Source: the human T2T-CHM13v2.0 reference genome, Homo sapiens. Taken from it: a stretch of DNA of 64,000 nucleotides. The stretch lies in the NCBI RefSeq assembly GCF_009914755.1, contig NC_060926.1; one strand, written 5' to 3'. The notes below the pieces were generated by a model that saw only the letters and a program-made list of their open reading frames with translations, was not told where the DNA came from and did no database searches. Positions 16,016 through 30,774 of the stretch are shown one piece after another (the first letter of the stretch is position 1; the number at the start of each line of letters is the position of its first letter). The position numbers and the translations under genes are program-made.

Positions 16016-16746
16016 AAAGTGGTTCATTTCTTTCTAAAATCATTAATTGAACATTAAAAAACATTGGTAAGAAAAATTGAACCAAGAAGGTTTTGGGTTA
16101 TACTGTAGGTCAGTGAGCTTTAAGTTTCTGTGTCTCTGAAGCTACATGGCTGGACGATAGCTGAAGTCAGTGCCCCGAGTGAAGCCTGAAGAGGAGCTGA
16201 TGGATTTTTCTGGTGGGGAAGGCCTGTGACTGCACTCAGAGAGAGCTGGGCCAGGCGGGGTGAGGCACGGTCACTCTGAGTTCACAGACCCACTCTGATC
16301 CTTGAATGGGTCTGTCCTGAAATAATGGGGAATCCTGGAACATGCTGCTTTGTGTAGACGCCTTTCTCCTTTGCAACTTTTAAAGGTATTTGTCCCCTGG
16401 GTTTCATTTGAAATGCTTTTTTCTTCTTCTTCTTTTTTTTTTTTGCCAGATGCTTTCACTAGGAGCAGTATCCAGAAAGCTATGTTTCTAACCTACCTTG
16501 TTGTTTGCCTCTTGGGCAAATGGGTTTGTTTACCTTATTGACTCAGTTCAGTGGAAAATATTACCCTGATTGGGATGGAGATGGGGCTGCTGTTCTGAAA
16601 TAACTACGCAAGTTTACCTGTTCAGGTGGGACACAGCTTCTTGTGTTAGTCACGGATGAATTTTGAAAATTTATACATAGTGCAATAAATGCTGGTTTCT
16701 TTCCCCTTCCTCACTCCTTCCTGGGGCCTATATGTGTGTATCTCTA

Positions 16747-16805
16747 ACACACATACACACACACGCAGGCACACACACACTCATACACATGCACACTCAC
16801 ACACA
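16747..16805. repeat. Imperfect (CA)n
   Basis: Seen directly. Confidence 0.9.
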
Positions 16806-17949
16806 AGAGGATACGTTGCATATACAGCTCAATGCTACAAAGAAGCCCTTTTACCAGAAGAGCACACGGGAACTCCGCTGAAGTTTGACAGGGTGATTGT
16901 CTTGTGGCTACTCTACCCTGAGGCCAGAGCACAGTGAGGGCCTCCCTCCTGCCCCCAGCCACACCAAAGAGGGGGCAGGGGTTCACAGGGAGCAAAAGAG
17001 GAGCTTTTTGCCATCACCATGAGACGGTGACCACAGGGGCCTGGCTCGAAGGTGAGGGTGGGGCTGGTGACTGGTGCCTGTGGATTCCAGAGTGGTTGGC
17101 CTACACAGCCTACTGAGAGGTAGAGCACGGTCCTTTGCGTCCCTGTGGACTCCGAGTGCCTGCCATGGTTTGGAAGGTCCACTGAAGGCTGAGTGCTCAG
17201 CGGCGTTGCCAGCCAGCTGGATGCATGTAAACAGCATTGTGAATGGAGAACATTCTTTCACCTTATTCTTGCACATTCTTCTCCCCTACTTAGCTTCTTA
17301 TCCTTCCTATCTACTCATCTAGCTAGCAATCCCTAAAATTAAATCATTTATAAATGAGTCCGATGAGGGTCTTTTTTTGAAAACTGGATTTAGTGAATAA
17401 GGCAGACCCCTGTTTTTGGATAGGGCTTTGCCTCTTGTTATTAAGGAGGAATAACTTGTTCCCAACTTGGTTGGTGACCCCAGCTGAGGAGGAACAAGTG
17501 GCAGATGAGTCCCAGGGAAGACCCCTAGGGGGAATGGCTGGAGGTAGCTGTATCAGGGATGAAAAGGGTGGGGGTGGTGATGAGGGGAACGCAGCCCTTC
17601 ATGCAAAGAAGTGGGTGTTTGAAATCAGTGGGTGACTATTTTTTTGGCAATGTGGGCTCCTTAGGTCATACACAGTGGCCTTAGAAAGCCAGCCCTGCCT
17701 CTCTTCCCTCAACTGATGGTGGATTTGTGTAATGAGATCACCGTCTTCTTGAAAAACACTTCCAGGGTAGCTCATTACAAAGCCTCGCACAGTGTTCGGA
17801 GCAGGGCGAGCTGCAAGGCCCCGGGCTTTCCATTCTGAAAGAGCTGTGGGTGTCGGGGTGGCTGCCAGCTGTGAGAGCTCCGTGGGTGGGGACTCTGTCC
17901 CTCAAAGCCACGCACTCAGGCTTGCCCATTCTAGTGTCTCTGTGGGAGA

Positions 17950-18160
17950 CAATCAATGTAATTTACTCTATTAATGGAATGAAGGATTACAATAATAAAA
18001 TCTTTTTCAAGGAATGCAAAAAAGCATTTATCAAAATTCAATATCCATTCATGGTAAAAACTCTCAGCAAACTAGGAACAGTAGGAAACTTCCTTAAAAT
18101 AATAAAGGCATTTACAAAATTCCTGCAGGTTGCATCATGCTTAATGGTGAAAGCCTGAAC
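17950..18160 (+). mobile_element. Old L1M ORF2 (RT) fragment
   Basis: Translates as INVIYSIN...KKAFIKIQYPFMVKTLSKLG, matching L1 RT '[16 protein letters not shown]'. Confidence 0.8.
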
Positions 18161-18299
18161 TATCTCCTAAACCCATTTACTCCTCCTCAGGGAAGACTTC
18201 CCTGACCCCATGTTTAAGTCAAACACTCATTATACATTCCCTTAGGACCAGCCTCTCATCCAAAGAAGTGATCATAAATGCAATTTAAAATGTATTTGT

Positions 18300-18590
18300 G
18301 GTTGGGCGCGGTGGCTCATGCCTGTAACCCAGCACTTTGGGAGGCCGAGGCAGGTGGATTTCTTGAGGTCAGGAGTTCAAGACCAGCCTGGACAACATGG
18401 TGAAACCCCATCTCTACTAAAAATACAAAAATCAGTTGGGTATAGTGGTGCGTGCCTGTAATCTCAGCTACCTGGGAGGCCAAGGTGGAAGGATCACTTG
18501 AGTCTGGGAGGTGGAGGCTGCAGTTAGCCAAGATCGTCCCACTGCACTCCAGCCTGGGTGACAGAGTGAGACTTCGTCTAAAAAAAAAAA
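18300..18590 (+). mobile_element. AluJb/Sz-type
   Basis: Dimer with a J-type right arm (ggaaggatcacttgagtctgggaggtggaggctgcag). Confidence 0.9.
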
Positions 18591-19154
18591 TTATTTCTGC
18601 CACTATTTGCTTAATGTTTGTTTTCTGGTGTAGGCATTCAGCTCTGTGAATAAAAGCATTCTGCTGATTTCTGCTGCCCTGTATCCAGACGGAAGGAATG
18701 GGTGAGTGAATGACAGGCACCTGTTCTGTTTACAGTCAGTAAAGTAAACACAACACTACACGTATGAACTCCACCGGAAAGATGAACACTTATGGTATAT
18801 TTGGTGCCACTGTCCCAGGGAGAGTAGAAGTACAGGGTTTTGTTCTTCTGACTTGAGAAATTTTTGTGCTAGAAGGGCCACTGAGGGTCATCCAGGCCTA
18901 TCACTGCCCACCCCAAATTTATAGGTGAGGTCACTAGGGCCTGAGATCTGAAGCATGCATGACATCCCGAATGAACTACAAATCCTAGGTCAGAGTTAAC
19001 AGTAGTGGTAACTGCACAGGATGAGTTGGTGCAGGGTGACAAGCTCATGCGTGGTAGCTATTTTGAATCAATACCCCGTAACTAACCTCTGCTGTTTGAA
19101 ACACCTGGCAGAGTGCTGCAACTCACCCTTGGGCAAAGCCCCACTCTCTGAGGC

Positions 19155-20010
<856 letters not shown>

Positions 20011-20702
20011 GCTGCTTGGCCACCTGCCTTTTGCTTGGATTGGCAGAAATCTGGCTTAATCTGGCTTCTCCAGTCCTCCATCACCTGGCCAGGAGGTAGC
20101 CCTTGGTCTAACCCCTTCTCATGTTTGGAAGCAGACTTTCCCTTTCTTTCTAAGGACTGGTAGGCAGCTCCTCATGGATGGAGTGATAACTCCAGAATGT
20201 CTTCGTGTGATGGCTGTTGGAGTGGGAAGTGGGCTGGGAGGCTGTGCTGGCATAGACTTTGTGTAGGATTGAGAAGACAATAACTGCCAGTGTGAAGATC
20301 AGGCGGGAGTTGGGAAGACAGCTGAGAGTGGCCAAGGGGAAGCCAGAGCCTCTTCAAGTCATCTCTAGATGGGTGTGAAAGGGAGAGAAGAGGCCAAGAA
20401 ACCATGAGATTAAAAGGTGGAGGTGGGGGCATAGAGATCCCAGCTGCTCTAGGGGACCCTCCCAGGCAAGTGCTGTGTGTGTATGCTCCTCCACTGTTCC
20501 TTCTGCAATGCATTCCATCTGGCTGCTAGATACGGTAAAGGGAATGAAAGGTGGGAAAGGCAAAGGGTGCATTTAATCCACTCTTCAGCTGTGAATTCTC
20601 TAGAGGAGAGCTAGTCCTTGTGTTTGTTGATGCAGCTGCCTCTCTCCTGAGACCTGTAAAATGACTTTTTTTTTTAAAGGTAAAATCATGACTCTTACAC
20701 AA

Positions 20703-20900
20703 ATGTAAAATGAACACATGTCAAAGATTTTATTTAGTTCATTAATTAATGAGGGAACCAGTAAGATGCTACAACCAGCCCAAAGGAGAATTAAAAATGC
20801 CACGCATAGCTAGGACAATAGGAATGCTGACATAGAATTTACAAATAGATGCAAAATTGATGATAGCCACTGGACAGTCTGTCCACATGTCCATGGACAA
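20703..20900. mobile_element. Possible ancient LTR fragment (MER110-like)
   Basis: Recalled block ttcattaattaatgagggaaccagtaagatg. Family assignment uncertain. Confidence 0.3.
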
Positions 20901-20968
20901 GGATAGTTGGCATTCCATGGGTCTTTTACAACTTGCAAACCGAGGAAAGTTTAGGTCCTCCTTTTTCC

Positions 20969-21117
20969 TTGCTGACCTTTCATGGGTCAGCCCTCATCTG
21001 GACATCAACACTCCTGAGACATGTGGTCACTGCAATAATTGACTGAAATCAGTAAAGACACAATTTCTCCCTCTGCTGCTCCGTGTTCCTGTCTAGAGAG
21101 TTGTTTTCCTCTCCAAG
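20969..21117. repeat. Dispersed direct repeat, copy 1 (partner 24309-24448)
   Basis: Direct comparison gives 78/85 identity in the core plus a matching 3' block. Confidence 0.9.
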
Positions 21118-21302
21118 TAAAAGTTGTTAAAGAGCTTAAAGACAATGAAGGGCAGAGAGAGCCAGGATGTGAAGACTTTTCTGCTGTACTGTCTTTCACA
21201 GATCCATGTTGCAGCTGGGAGCACGGGGAAACCTGGACACGCACTTCACCAAAATGAGACAACTGTGGCAGGAGACAGGCTAAGGCGAGTGGGGACAAAT
21301 CA

Positions 21303-21643
<341 letters not shown>

Positions 21644-21649
21644 TCAGTT

Positions 21650-22350
21650 CATTTCCTCATTCATTTTCTGAACAGTGAATCTGGCTCTGTGCTGGATCCT
21701 GGAGCATAAAGACTAAATTAGCTGCACAAAGACCCTGATCACTAACATCCTAGTGGGAAAGACACACTGTGTATTAAGCTGAGTAATCACCACCTTCCCA
21801 CCATGTCTGTATCCTGATCCCTGGAACATGTGAATATTATCGTATATGGCAAAATGGACTTTGTAGATGTGATTAAGTTCAGGATCTTGAGTTGGAGAGA
21901 TTACTCTGCATTGGCCTAATGTAATCACAGGGGTTTTCATAAGGAGGAGGCAGGTGATCAGCATAGGAGAAGGCAATGTGATTATGGAAGTAAATGTGGG
22001 AGTGATGCAGCTACAAACTGAGGAAAGCTGGCAGCTCTGGAAACTGGAAGAGGCAAGGGACAGATTCTCTGCTGGAGCCTTCCAAAGGAGCCAACCCTCT
22101 GACACCTTGCTTTCAGCCTTGAAAGACACATTTTGGACTTCTGACCACCAGGACTGTAAGAGAATAGATTTGTGTTGTTTGAAGCCACTGAGTTTGTGGT
22201 AATTGCTATAGGAGTCATAGGAAACTAACATATATGCTGAACAATTGCATGGTCGCATGATTGCAATGTAGAGTGTTTTGAGGAAGGAAATTAAGGCAGC
22301 TGGGGAGCTGATGACAGGTGTCCTGGAGGAGGAGGTTTCCTGTGGAGAGC
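21650..22350 (-). mobile_element. L2 3' fragments flanking an MLT1 insertion
   Basis: ttcattttctgaac...ctgtgctggatcctgg, then gtcctggaggaggaggt...ggctttgaagga after the LTR. Confidence 0.5.
21768..22232 (+). mobile_element. MLT1C/D MaLR solo LTR
   Basis: ccctggaacatgtgaatat...gactttgtagatgtgattaag...agccactgagtttgtggtaatt...aggaaactaacata. Confidence 0.85.
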
Positions 22351-23415
22351 TGAGGGCTTTGAAGGAGGCCACCCATGGTGGTGGATTGGGGACGTGGCAG
22401 TTTCAAAGCATACACCATGTGAAGGAAGGACCCTGCAGAAGTCCCAAATCAATGTTTTCTTGCTTATCCCTGGTGGATGATGGAGGCTGGTGGCAGGGGC
22501 ATTAATGTGTGGCCATGGTGGTCTGTGTGATACGGTGAAAATGCAAAGGAGATGAACTCCCAAGACTTTTGGGAGACATTTATAGGAAGATGGGTGCTAA
22601 ATAAATCCAAGGCAGTCTTTTCAGACAGAGGGCTTGATACCACTAATTAGGCAGCTTGGATGAGTGGCACCATGGAACTGGCTGGTGGTTTTCTTGTGAA
22701 AATAGACACAAACTCCCTTCTCTCCATGTTCTTAGAAGATGTGAATTTAGAGGTCTCCACATTGCCTGACAAAGTCTGTTTTAACTGGGTAAAATAAAAA
22801 AAAAATTACCATTGTATTGCTCCTGAACCTTGCTTAAAATTCCCTTTAAAGATCTACAAAGGGTTTTGCTCATTTGTACAATCTTAAAGGTCACAAAATT
22901 AGAAGCTTAGCAGCCACATGCCAACTGCACACAGCATTTGAAATCTTTGACACAGACCGTTCCAGAAGTCACAATTGGCAAAGCTGCACTTCTTGTGACA
23001 CTCAGTAGCCTGCACACCCATCTCCTGGCTTGTAAGCATATGCCTTTTTGTCCAGCCAGCTGAGGTACTTGGTTCCTGATTGTTTTCTTGTTTGTTTTTT
23101 AATGCTCAGATATTCTCATGTGGTGAATATTTGTGAGCCAAATTACTTGGCAGGAGCGTTTGATGCCATGGCCAAATGGGGAGCCCAGAGTCAGCATCTT
23201 TTTAAAGCTAACTCTTACTTGCCAGCTCCTCTTTCTGCCCACATACTCGCCCCGTACCAGGCCCAGTGGCTGTTGCACAGACAAACACCAAGCAGTCCTG
23301 CAAACCCCATTTGCTTCCTTCTGGGCTTGATGCTGCCTGGGAGTGGGCTTCTCCCTGGGTGGTATGTAGGAGTTTTCCTTACATTTTCATTTCTTATCAG
23401 CTTACCATTTGCAAC

Positions 23416-23889
23416 TGATGCAGGACAGGCAAGACCCCAAACTGGGGCTTAGCCCAGGAGGATTCTTGGCTTTGCCCAGGAGAGAATTCAAGCACAAGTG
23501 GTGGTGTTAGACAGCAACTTTTATTGAGGCAGCAGCAGCTGTACTGCTCCCTGTGGAGCAGGGCTACCCCACAGGCAGTGTGCCCAGAGTAGCAGCTCAG
23601 GGACAGTTCAGCAGTCATATTTGTACCCACTTTTAATTACATGCAAGTTAAAAGGCAGTTGATGCAGGCATTTCTAGGAAAAAGGTGGTAACTTCCGGGT
23701 CATTGGGTTACTGCCATAGAAAGGGGTGGTAACTCTCAGGTGTTGCCACGGCGATGGTAAACTGACATGGCACACTGGTGGGCATGTCTTATGGAAAGCT
23801 ACTTCTGCCCTGGCCCTGTTTCAGCTAGCTCTCAATTTGGTCCAGTGTCTGAGCCCAGCCTCTGGAGTTGAGTCCCGCCCCCTACCTCA
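23416..23889 (-). mobile_element. ERV1 solo LTR, MER4 group (MER66-like)
   Basis: TG...CA termini (tgatgcaggacaggc...cctacctca). Poly(A) signal on the minus strand (tttatt, ~23520). Confidence 0.75.
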
Positions 23890-24308
23890 CTATCTTGGTT
23901 CTATTTGGAGATGCCCTGAAAGGCTGTGTCCAGTCCCACAGTGAGTGAGGAATCTATGCTGAGGTTCCTTTGGAGGTGAATTTTGAATGACGTATAACCC
24001 AGTACAGAGGAAAAGTCCAGAACTGAGGGATGCAGGCTAATATTAAAGACTCATAGTTTTGGGGGCTGTCTGTCCAAAGGCTCATGCATGGGCAGAAAGA
24101 GTTCACCTGACCTGTGCTGTGGGAAGTTTGCTGTAAACATTCTGATAAACATTTAACTTTAGTCCCTTTCAGTACCAGTGCCATGCCCTGCAGTGTTCAC
24201 TAAGCGCCCACAGGCATCTGCTCTCTGTGACCTGCTCATATGACGAGCTAAAGTCGAGCATGCTTCATTCACAGCCAGGCCTCCTCCTTCTTTGTTGGCC
24301 TGAGTGTG

Positions 24309-24448
24309 TTGCTGACCATTCATGGGTCAGCCCCGACCTGGACATCAACACTCCTGAGAAATGTGGCAACTGCAATAATTGACTGAAATCAGTCTCTCCC
24401 TGTTTGCTGGTCCATGTTCTTGTCTAGAGAGTTGTTTTCTTCTCCAAG
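24309..24448. repeat. Dispersed direct repeat, copy 2 (partner 20969-21117)
   Basis: See copy 1. Confidence 0.9.
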
Positions 24449-25139
24449 AATAAGAAGGTGGAATCGATTTTTCCACCTTTTGTTCCCCTCACCCCAGTGA
24501 TGATGAGGCACCAGGAGGGAATTTTCTGACTTTCTGCAGGCATTTATGTTCTGCTTCACATCATCATATTTATTCCTTTAATGTAGGAGAACCTTAAATG
24601 AAGCTTGTTGGAAATAGGCCATCCTCCATAACCTGGGTTTGTTGGAGCCCATGTATAGAAATGATTTCTTGGCAACTCTAGTTCTCTTGAGCATGTGTGC
24701 TATGGTTAAAGAGGCAGAAGGGCACAAGAATTTTAGCACCCTGAGGACTGAAAACCTTCCATAGAACCAGCATACATATTGTTTTATAAATAAGGAGTAT
24801 TCTTGGGGTATAGTTGTTTGCAAAGAAAGGGAGCTCCTTAAGATTTATGACCCAGCTCACAATAACCAGATGACCTGAATCAAGGGTGTATGTCAGGAAC
24901 AGGATCCTGGAGGGGTCAATGACAGTGTCCATCTGTGGCCTCAAAGAGCCCGTTCCCAACTCTCCTGCCTTTTGACAGAAGGTCTGTCTGGTTATGGCTT
25001 TAGGAAGATAGATGACTTCTGTATAGTCACAGGAAGAGTCTGCGTGCCTGGAGCTGTGGGCTGGAAAGGAGGTGAGAGATGCTGGCCTCTCCAAGGCCTC
25101 GTCCACGTGCCCCATCTCCAGACAGGAGCAGCCAGGGCT

Positions 25140-25270
25140 CCGTTAGGCTGCAAACAATGGAAAACCTGAATAGCAGAGGCTTAAAAAACATGTGGTTTGC
25201 TTGTCTCACCTGAAAGAAGTCTGAAATTGGGAAGTCCAGGGCTGGGTCAGAGGTTCAGAGATGCTGGGGT
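25140..25270 (-). mobile_element. Old MLT1 (J/K-type) fragment
   Basis: ttaggctgcaaacaatggaaaacctgaatagcagaggcttaaaaaaca...gtccagggctgg. Confidence 0.5.
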
Positions 25271-27840
25271 TGAGGCCTAGATGGCTTTTTGGCCTTTTCC
25301 CCAGGAAAAAACAGAATCAATCAGAAGGTGGCTGATGTAGGTCAGGTGGGCTGGGGCTGGAGGGGATGGTAGGCTGTGAGTCTGGCGCTCCCTCTTGCTG
25401 GTGTGGGGATGGGTACCAGGAGGGCTTCTCTCCTCCACCTTGCTCTGTTGCTCTGTTGCTCTGTTGCCCAGGCACCCATTGCCAAGAAGCCAGACTGGAA
25501 TTCCCAATGGGATGGGGCAGTCCCAAGGCACATGGAATCTTTGGTGGGACTTATACACCCTGTACTCCTGTGAGCTCCTCAGTCACTCTGGTCAAAAACT
25601 CTAATATTGTTCCTTTTAACACAGTCATCACCCAAAACCCTGTTAAACACCCAAATGCACCTGGGGCAACCCTTGACCTTATGGAGCCCACTTTCTTTGC
25701 AAACAACACAGATGTTGAGATGAAGCAGGAAGGAGTGGTTACATAGGAGGATCCAGAATCCCCAACCCCAGGGAGTTCGATATGGGAAAAATGCCTCTGA
25801 GTAGGGCGGAGGGATGCTCAGAGGGCTGCAGGGTCCTGGGAAGTGGCTGTGTCTCAAAGTGTGCTCCATATTCATACCCGTCTTTCCCCACTGCTTTTAT
25901 TTGCTTCGCTTTTGAATCTGTGATTCACCTTCTTTGGTCTCACCTCTTCCTCGGGCCCTTTGGTTAAGGGCAGGCTGATTACTGCATATGGCTGTGCCCC
26001 AGCCCTCTGCTTTACCCAGCGATTAAGGAGAAGCCCACACCAATTCAACAAGGCTTGCATTTTAGGAGCAGACAAAAATCTTAGACCCAGAAGCCAGGTG
26101 TGCAGAAAATGCATGTTGGCTTCCCTTTAGCGTTATCTAATTTCCCAGGCTCAATTCTGTCTGGGTAAAGGAACATTATTCTTGGTTAGCTGAAGTCCCC
26201 TGCTTTTCCTGCAGATGTGTCTGATGCTGGGGGCTGGCATTGCTCCCCTTGGGGGCTGGGAGATGCTCTCCTTTCTGGTCTTTGGTTGTCAGAGCCTGCT
26301 GTTCACTGCTGTTGTCTCTTGTTCTGACTCCACCCCAGCTCTGCTTCAATCCTACTCTCTCCAGGCCACAGCCACCCACTGGGACCTCCCATGAAGCCCT
26401 TGGGAGCTCTCACCCATCCTGGAGGGAGCCCATGTAAATTTGGGCCTGGCTTGTTGATTCTGAATCACCAAATAGGCATTTGCGCAGCCTGCCTCTCCAA
26501 GGGAACTTCAGGGTTTTGCTGCCACTCTGGACTTTGTCTGAGGCTATCTTTCTGCACAAACTGCACAAAGTGGGGATGAAGCCCACTTCATGGGCACAGG
26601 CCCTTCCCAGGACACTGCAGCCTCTCCATACCCCTCCCCCCTACTCAGGAGGCCTCTGTGCTGCTGAGGCCAAAGATTTGCTTTGAAAGGCCAAATATTC
26701 TTCCTGAGCCCTGGTCTTAACCCGGGGCTGAAGCTTTGCTCTCAAAGGTAAAGGTGAAGACCTCCATTTTCCTCTGCTCTCTGCAAATTGCCTTTGGCTG
26801 AAGCAGGGAACAGGAAATGAATGACCAAGTTATGTGGCCTGGGAGAGGGAGAAGAGCCCAGTCAACAGCTCAAGAAATCCCGCCATGTCTACTTAAGGGG
26901 AAGAAGAGAGAAAGGAGGATAAAGAGAGATTTTTTTTCCTTTTAATATAATGCACATTAAATTTTAGGTTGTTTTTTTTTTTTTCTACATTTAGGTCCCT
27001 TATGTGGCAGAAAATTCCAAAATATATTAGTAAAAATGAACCCACCTTACATACTCTTGGGGTTTCGTTGAAATGTTGAGAAGTTAAGAAACTTTGTTAG
27101 ATTATTTTACTTAATTTTTAAAAAATAGCCTATCAAGGAGTTTTCAAAACTTTTTAGGTGTATAAACACCCTATTTCGGAAACCACCGTATTTTACACTT
27201 TCACTTCCCACCTACACCAGCTCAGTGACAAGAAAGTGTCTGAAACAAGGTGCAAAATCAAGGTTCTCAGAAACACGCTTGGGACGTCTTGTTCCGCAGC
27301 TTGGCTGCTCTTTCCGCCCGGAGTGTCCTTAGCCTGTGCCCCTTTCGAACTCCGGCACTTTGTCTGCGGAGTAGCTCCAGCGCAGTCTCCCAGCGTTACC
27401 TGGCAGCCTCCTCCTTCCTGGAGCAGGAGAAGCGGCTCTGTCTCCTGTGTTCCATCATCGATTATGGCTGCTCTCACACTGGGTTAGGAAGGTTTGGTCA
27501 CCTGAGTGCCTCCCTCCTCTGTGCTGTTGGACTCTATGGTTTACATACTCCTAGATGCTATTTTTTACATACTCCTAAGTTTTCAACCTGAGAAATCTGA
27601 AACCATCCCCTAACCTTACCTGGTTACCTGTTGAAAAATGTGTTATCCCAGAGGTAGATTCTTTGGGTCCTAGGCATCTGGACTTGCAAGAGTCTCATGT
27701 CAGTTTCATGTGCTTACAAAGGTGATAACAGAGAGGGACATAGCTGTGAGTTTTTCCCAACGGCCAGTGAGTGCTTCGTTCCCTGTATCATGTTTTATTT
27801 ATTTATCTATCCCCAGGGCTAGTGCAGTTTGGACATAGGG

Positions 27841-28215
27841 TGCTATGGGTTGAATTACATACTTGTCAAATCCATATGTTGAAATCTTAACCCCTAGTAC
27901 CTCAGAATGTGACATTATTTGGAGAGAGGGTATTTATAGAGGTAATTAGGGGAAAAGGAGGTCTTTAGGGTGGGTCCTAATTCAATATGACCGATGTCCT
28001 TATATAGAGGGAAAATCTGGACACAGAGCTGTATACATCCAGGGAGAACGTCATCTGGAGATGAAAGCAGAGATCAGAGTGATGCAGCTCCAAGACATGG
28101 AATGCTGAAGATGGTGAGCAACCCACCAGAAGCCAGGAGAGAGGTATAAAAGGTTTCTCCCTCACAGCCCTTAGAAGCCACCAACCCTGCTGATGCCTTG
28201 ATCTCTGATCCTCAA
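27841..28215 (+). mobile_element. MLT1B-type MaLR LTR
   Basis: tgctatgggttgaatt...cccctagtacctcagaatgtgac...tctccctcacagccc...aaccctgctgatgccttgatctc. Confidence 0.8.
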
Positions 28216-28424
28216 GGATGTGGAGTAGCTGTGTGAGAGGCTGTCTGAGGGCTCTTCAAAAAGTTCATAGGAAATGCATATTATGAAAAAACTATGCTGG
28301 ATTTCAAATTTTTTGCACCAAAATTGATTTGTACTACCTTTTTATAACATGTTCATGCACAATCTAGTTTGAGGCACTAAGAAGGATAATACATCAGTTT
28401 GAAAAGAGCCTCTATCAGAGCAAT

Positions 28425-29770
<1,346 letters not shown>

Positions 29771-30322
29771 TATAAAGTTGATATTTTTCATTTTTATCTT
29801 TTGATTCCATTTTCCATGAACTTCCTAAAGTCCTCTTGTATTTCTAGGAGGGTCTTGGATTAAAAAAAACAGGAGGAAGGAACAAGTGAGAAATTACTCT
29901 CATAGTTTATGGCGTGTCTTAACATCAAGTTACTTTTAAGTCTTTTATTCTTTTAGGAAGATATTTTCTCTTTCAGGGAAAATTAAGAAACATCAGGGCC
30001 TGAGTTATGTTGGAAAATCTCTCCCCTACTCTGACTGTCTGGCTTTATTCTGAGCTCCCAAGCTATAACAGTGGCACTTGGGTGGGATGAGAGTGGGGTG
30101 GGGCTCACATCTACATGGCTGAAGACCAAGGCAGAATCTCACACCCAAGTCTTGATTCTTTGTGCTGCTTAGCTGTTGTTCACACCACTTTTCCTGCTTG
30201 TGTCCAGATCTGAATGAAACTGATGGCTGTTGGAGAGGCCTTTGTCATCTGACTCTATCTGTTCCTCTGTCAAGTAATACCATCAATGATGCTATTCATA
30301 GAAACATTTCATGTTTGAGAGG

Positions 30323-30774
30323 TGTTAGGAGTTGAATTGTCTTCTAGAAGCTGTTGAATTCCTAACCCTTTATATCTGTGAATGTGACTTTATTTGGATA
30401 TAGGTAGGGTCTTTGCAGATGATCAAATTAAGATGAGGTCAGTAGGGTGGGCCTTAATCCGTATTACTACTGGTCATTCTAAAAAGGGAAAATGCCGATA
30501 CAGACAGATGCATTCAGGAGAATTCTGTGTGAAAATGAAGGTGGAGATCAGTGTGATGCATCTCCACACCAAGGAACACTAAAGGTCACCAGCAAACCAC
30601 CAGAAGTGAGATGCGAGGCATTGAATAGGTTTTCCTCGCAGCTTCGGAAGGAACCAACCCTGTTGGCACTTTGTTCCTGGACTTCCAGCCTGCAGGTGGT
30701 TGTGTAAGCATTTCTGTGGTCGAAGCCACCTGGTTTGCAGTACTTTGTTAGGGCAGCCCTAGCAGACTAACACA
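30323..30774 (+). mobile_element. MLT1B/C MaLR solo LTR
   Basis: tgttaggagttgaattgt...gtgaatgtgactttatttgg...ctttgttagggcagccctagcagactaacaca. Confidence 0.82.

Noticed and set aside
21713-22372. 219-aa minus-strand ORF
   Set aside because: It lies across an MLT1 LTR and L2 and has no recognisable protein family.
25366-25746. 126-aa ORF with a protein-like C-terminal half
   Set aside because: I cannot match it to any family and it has no clear exon boundaries. tBLASTn would be needed.
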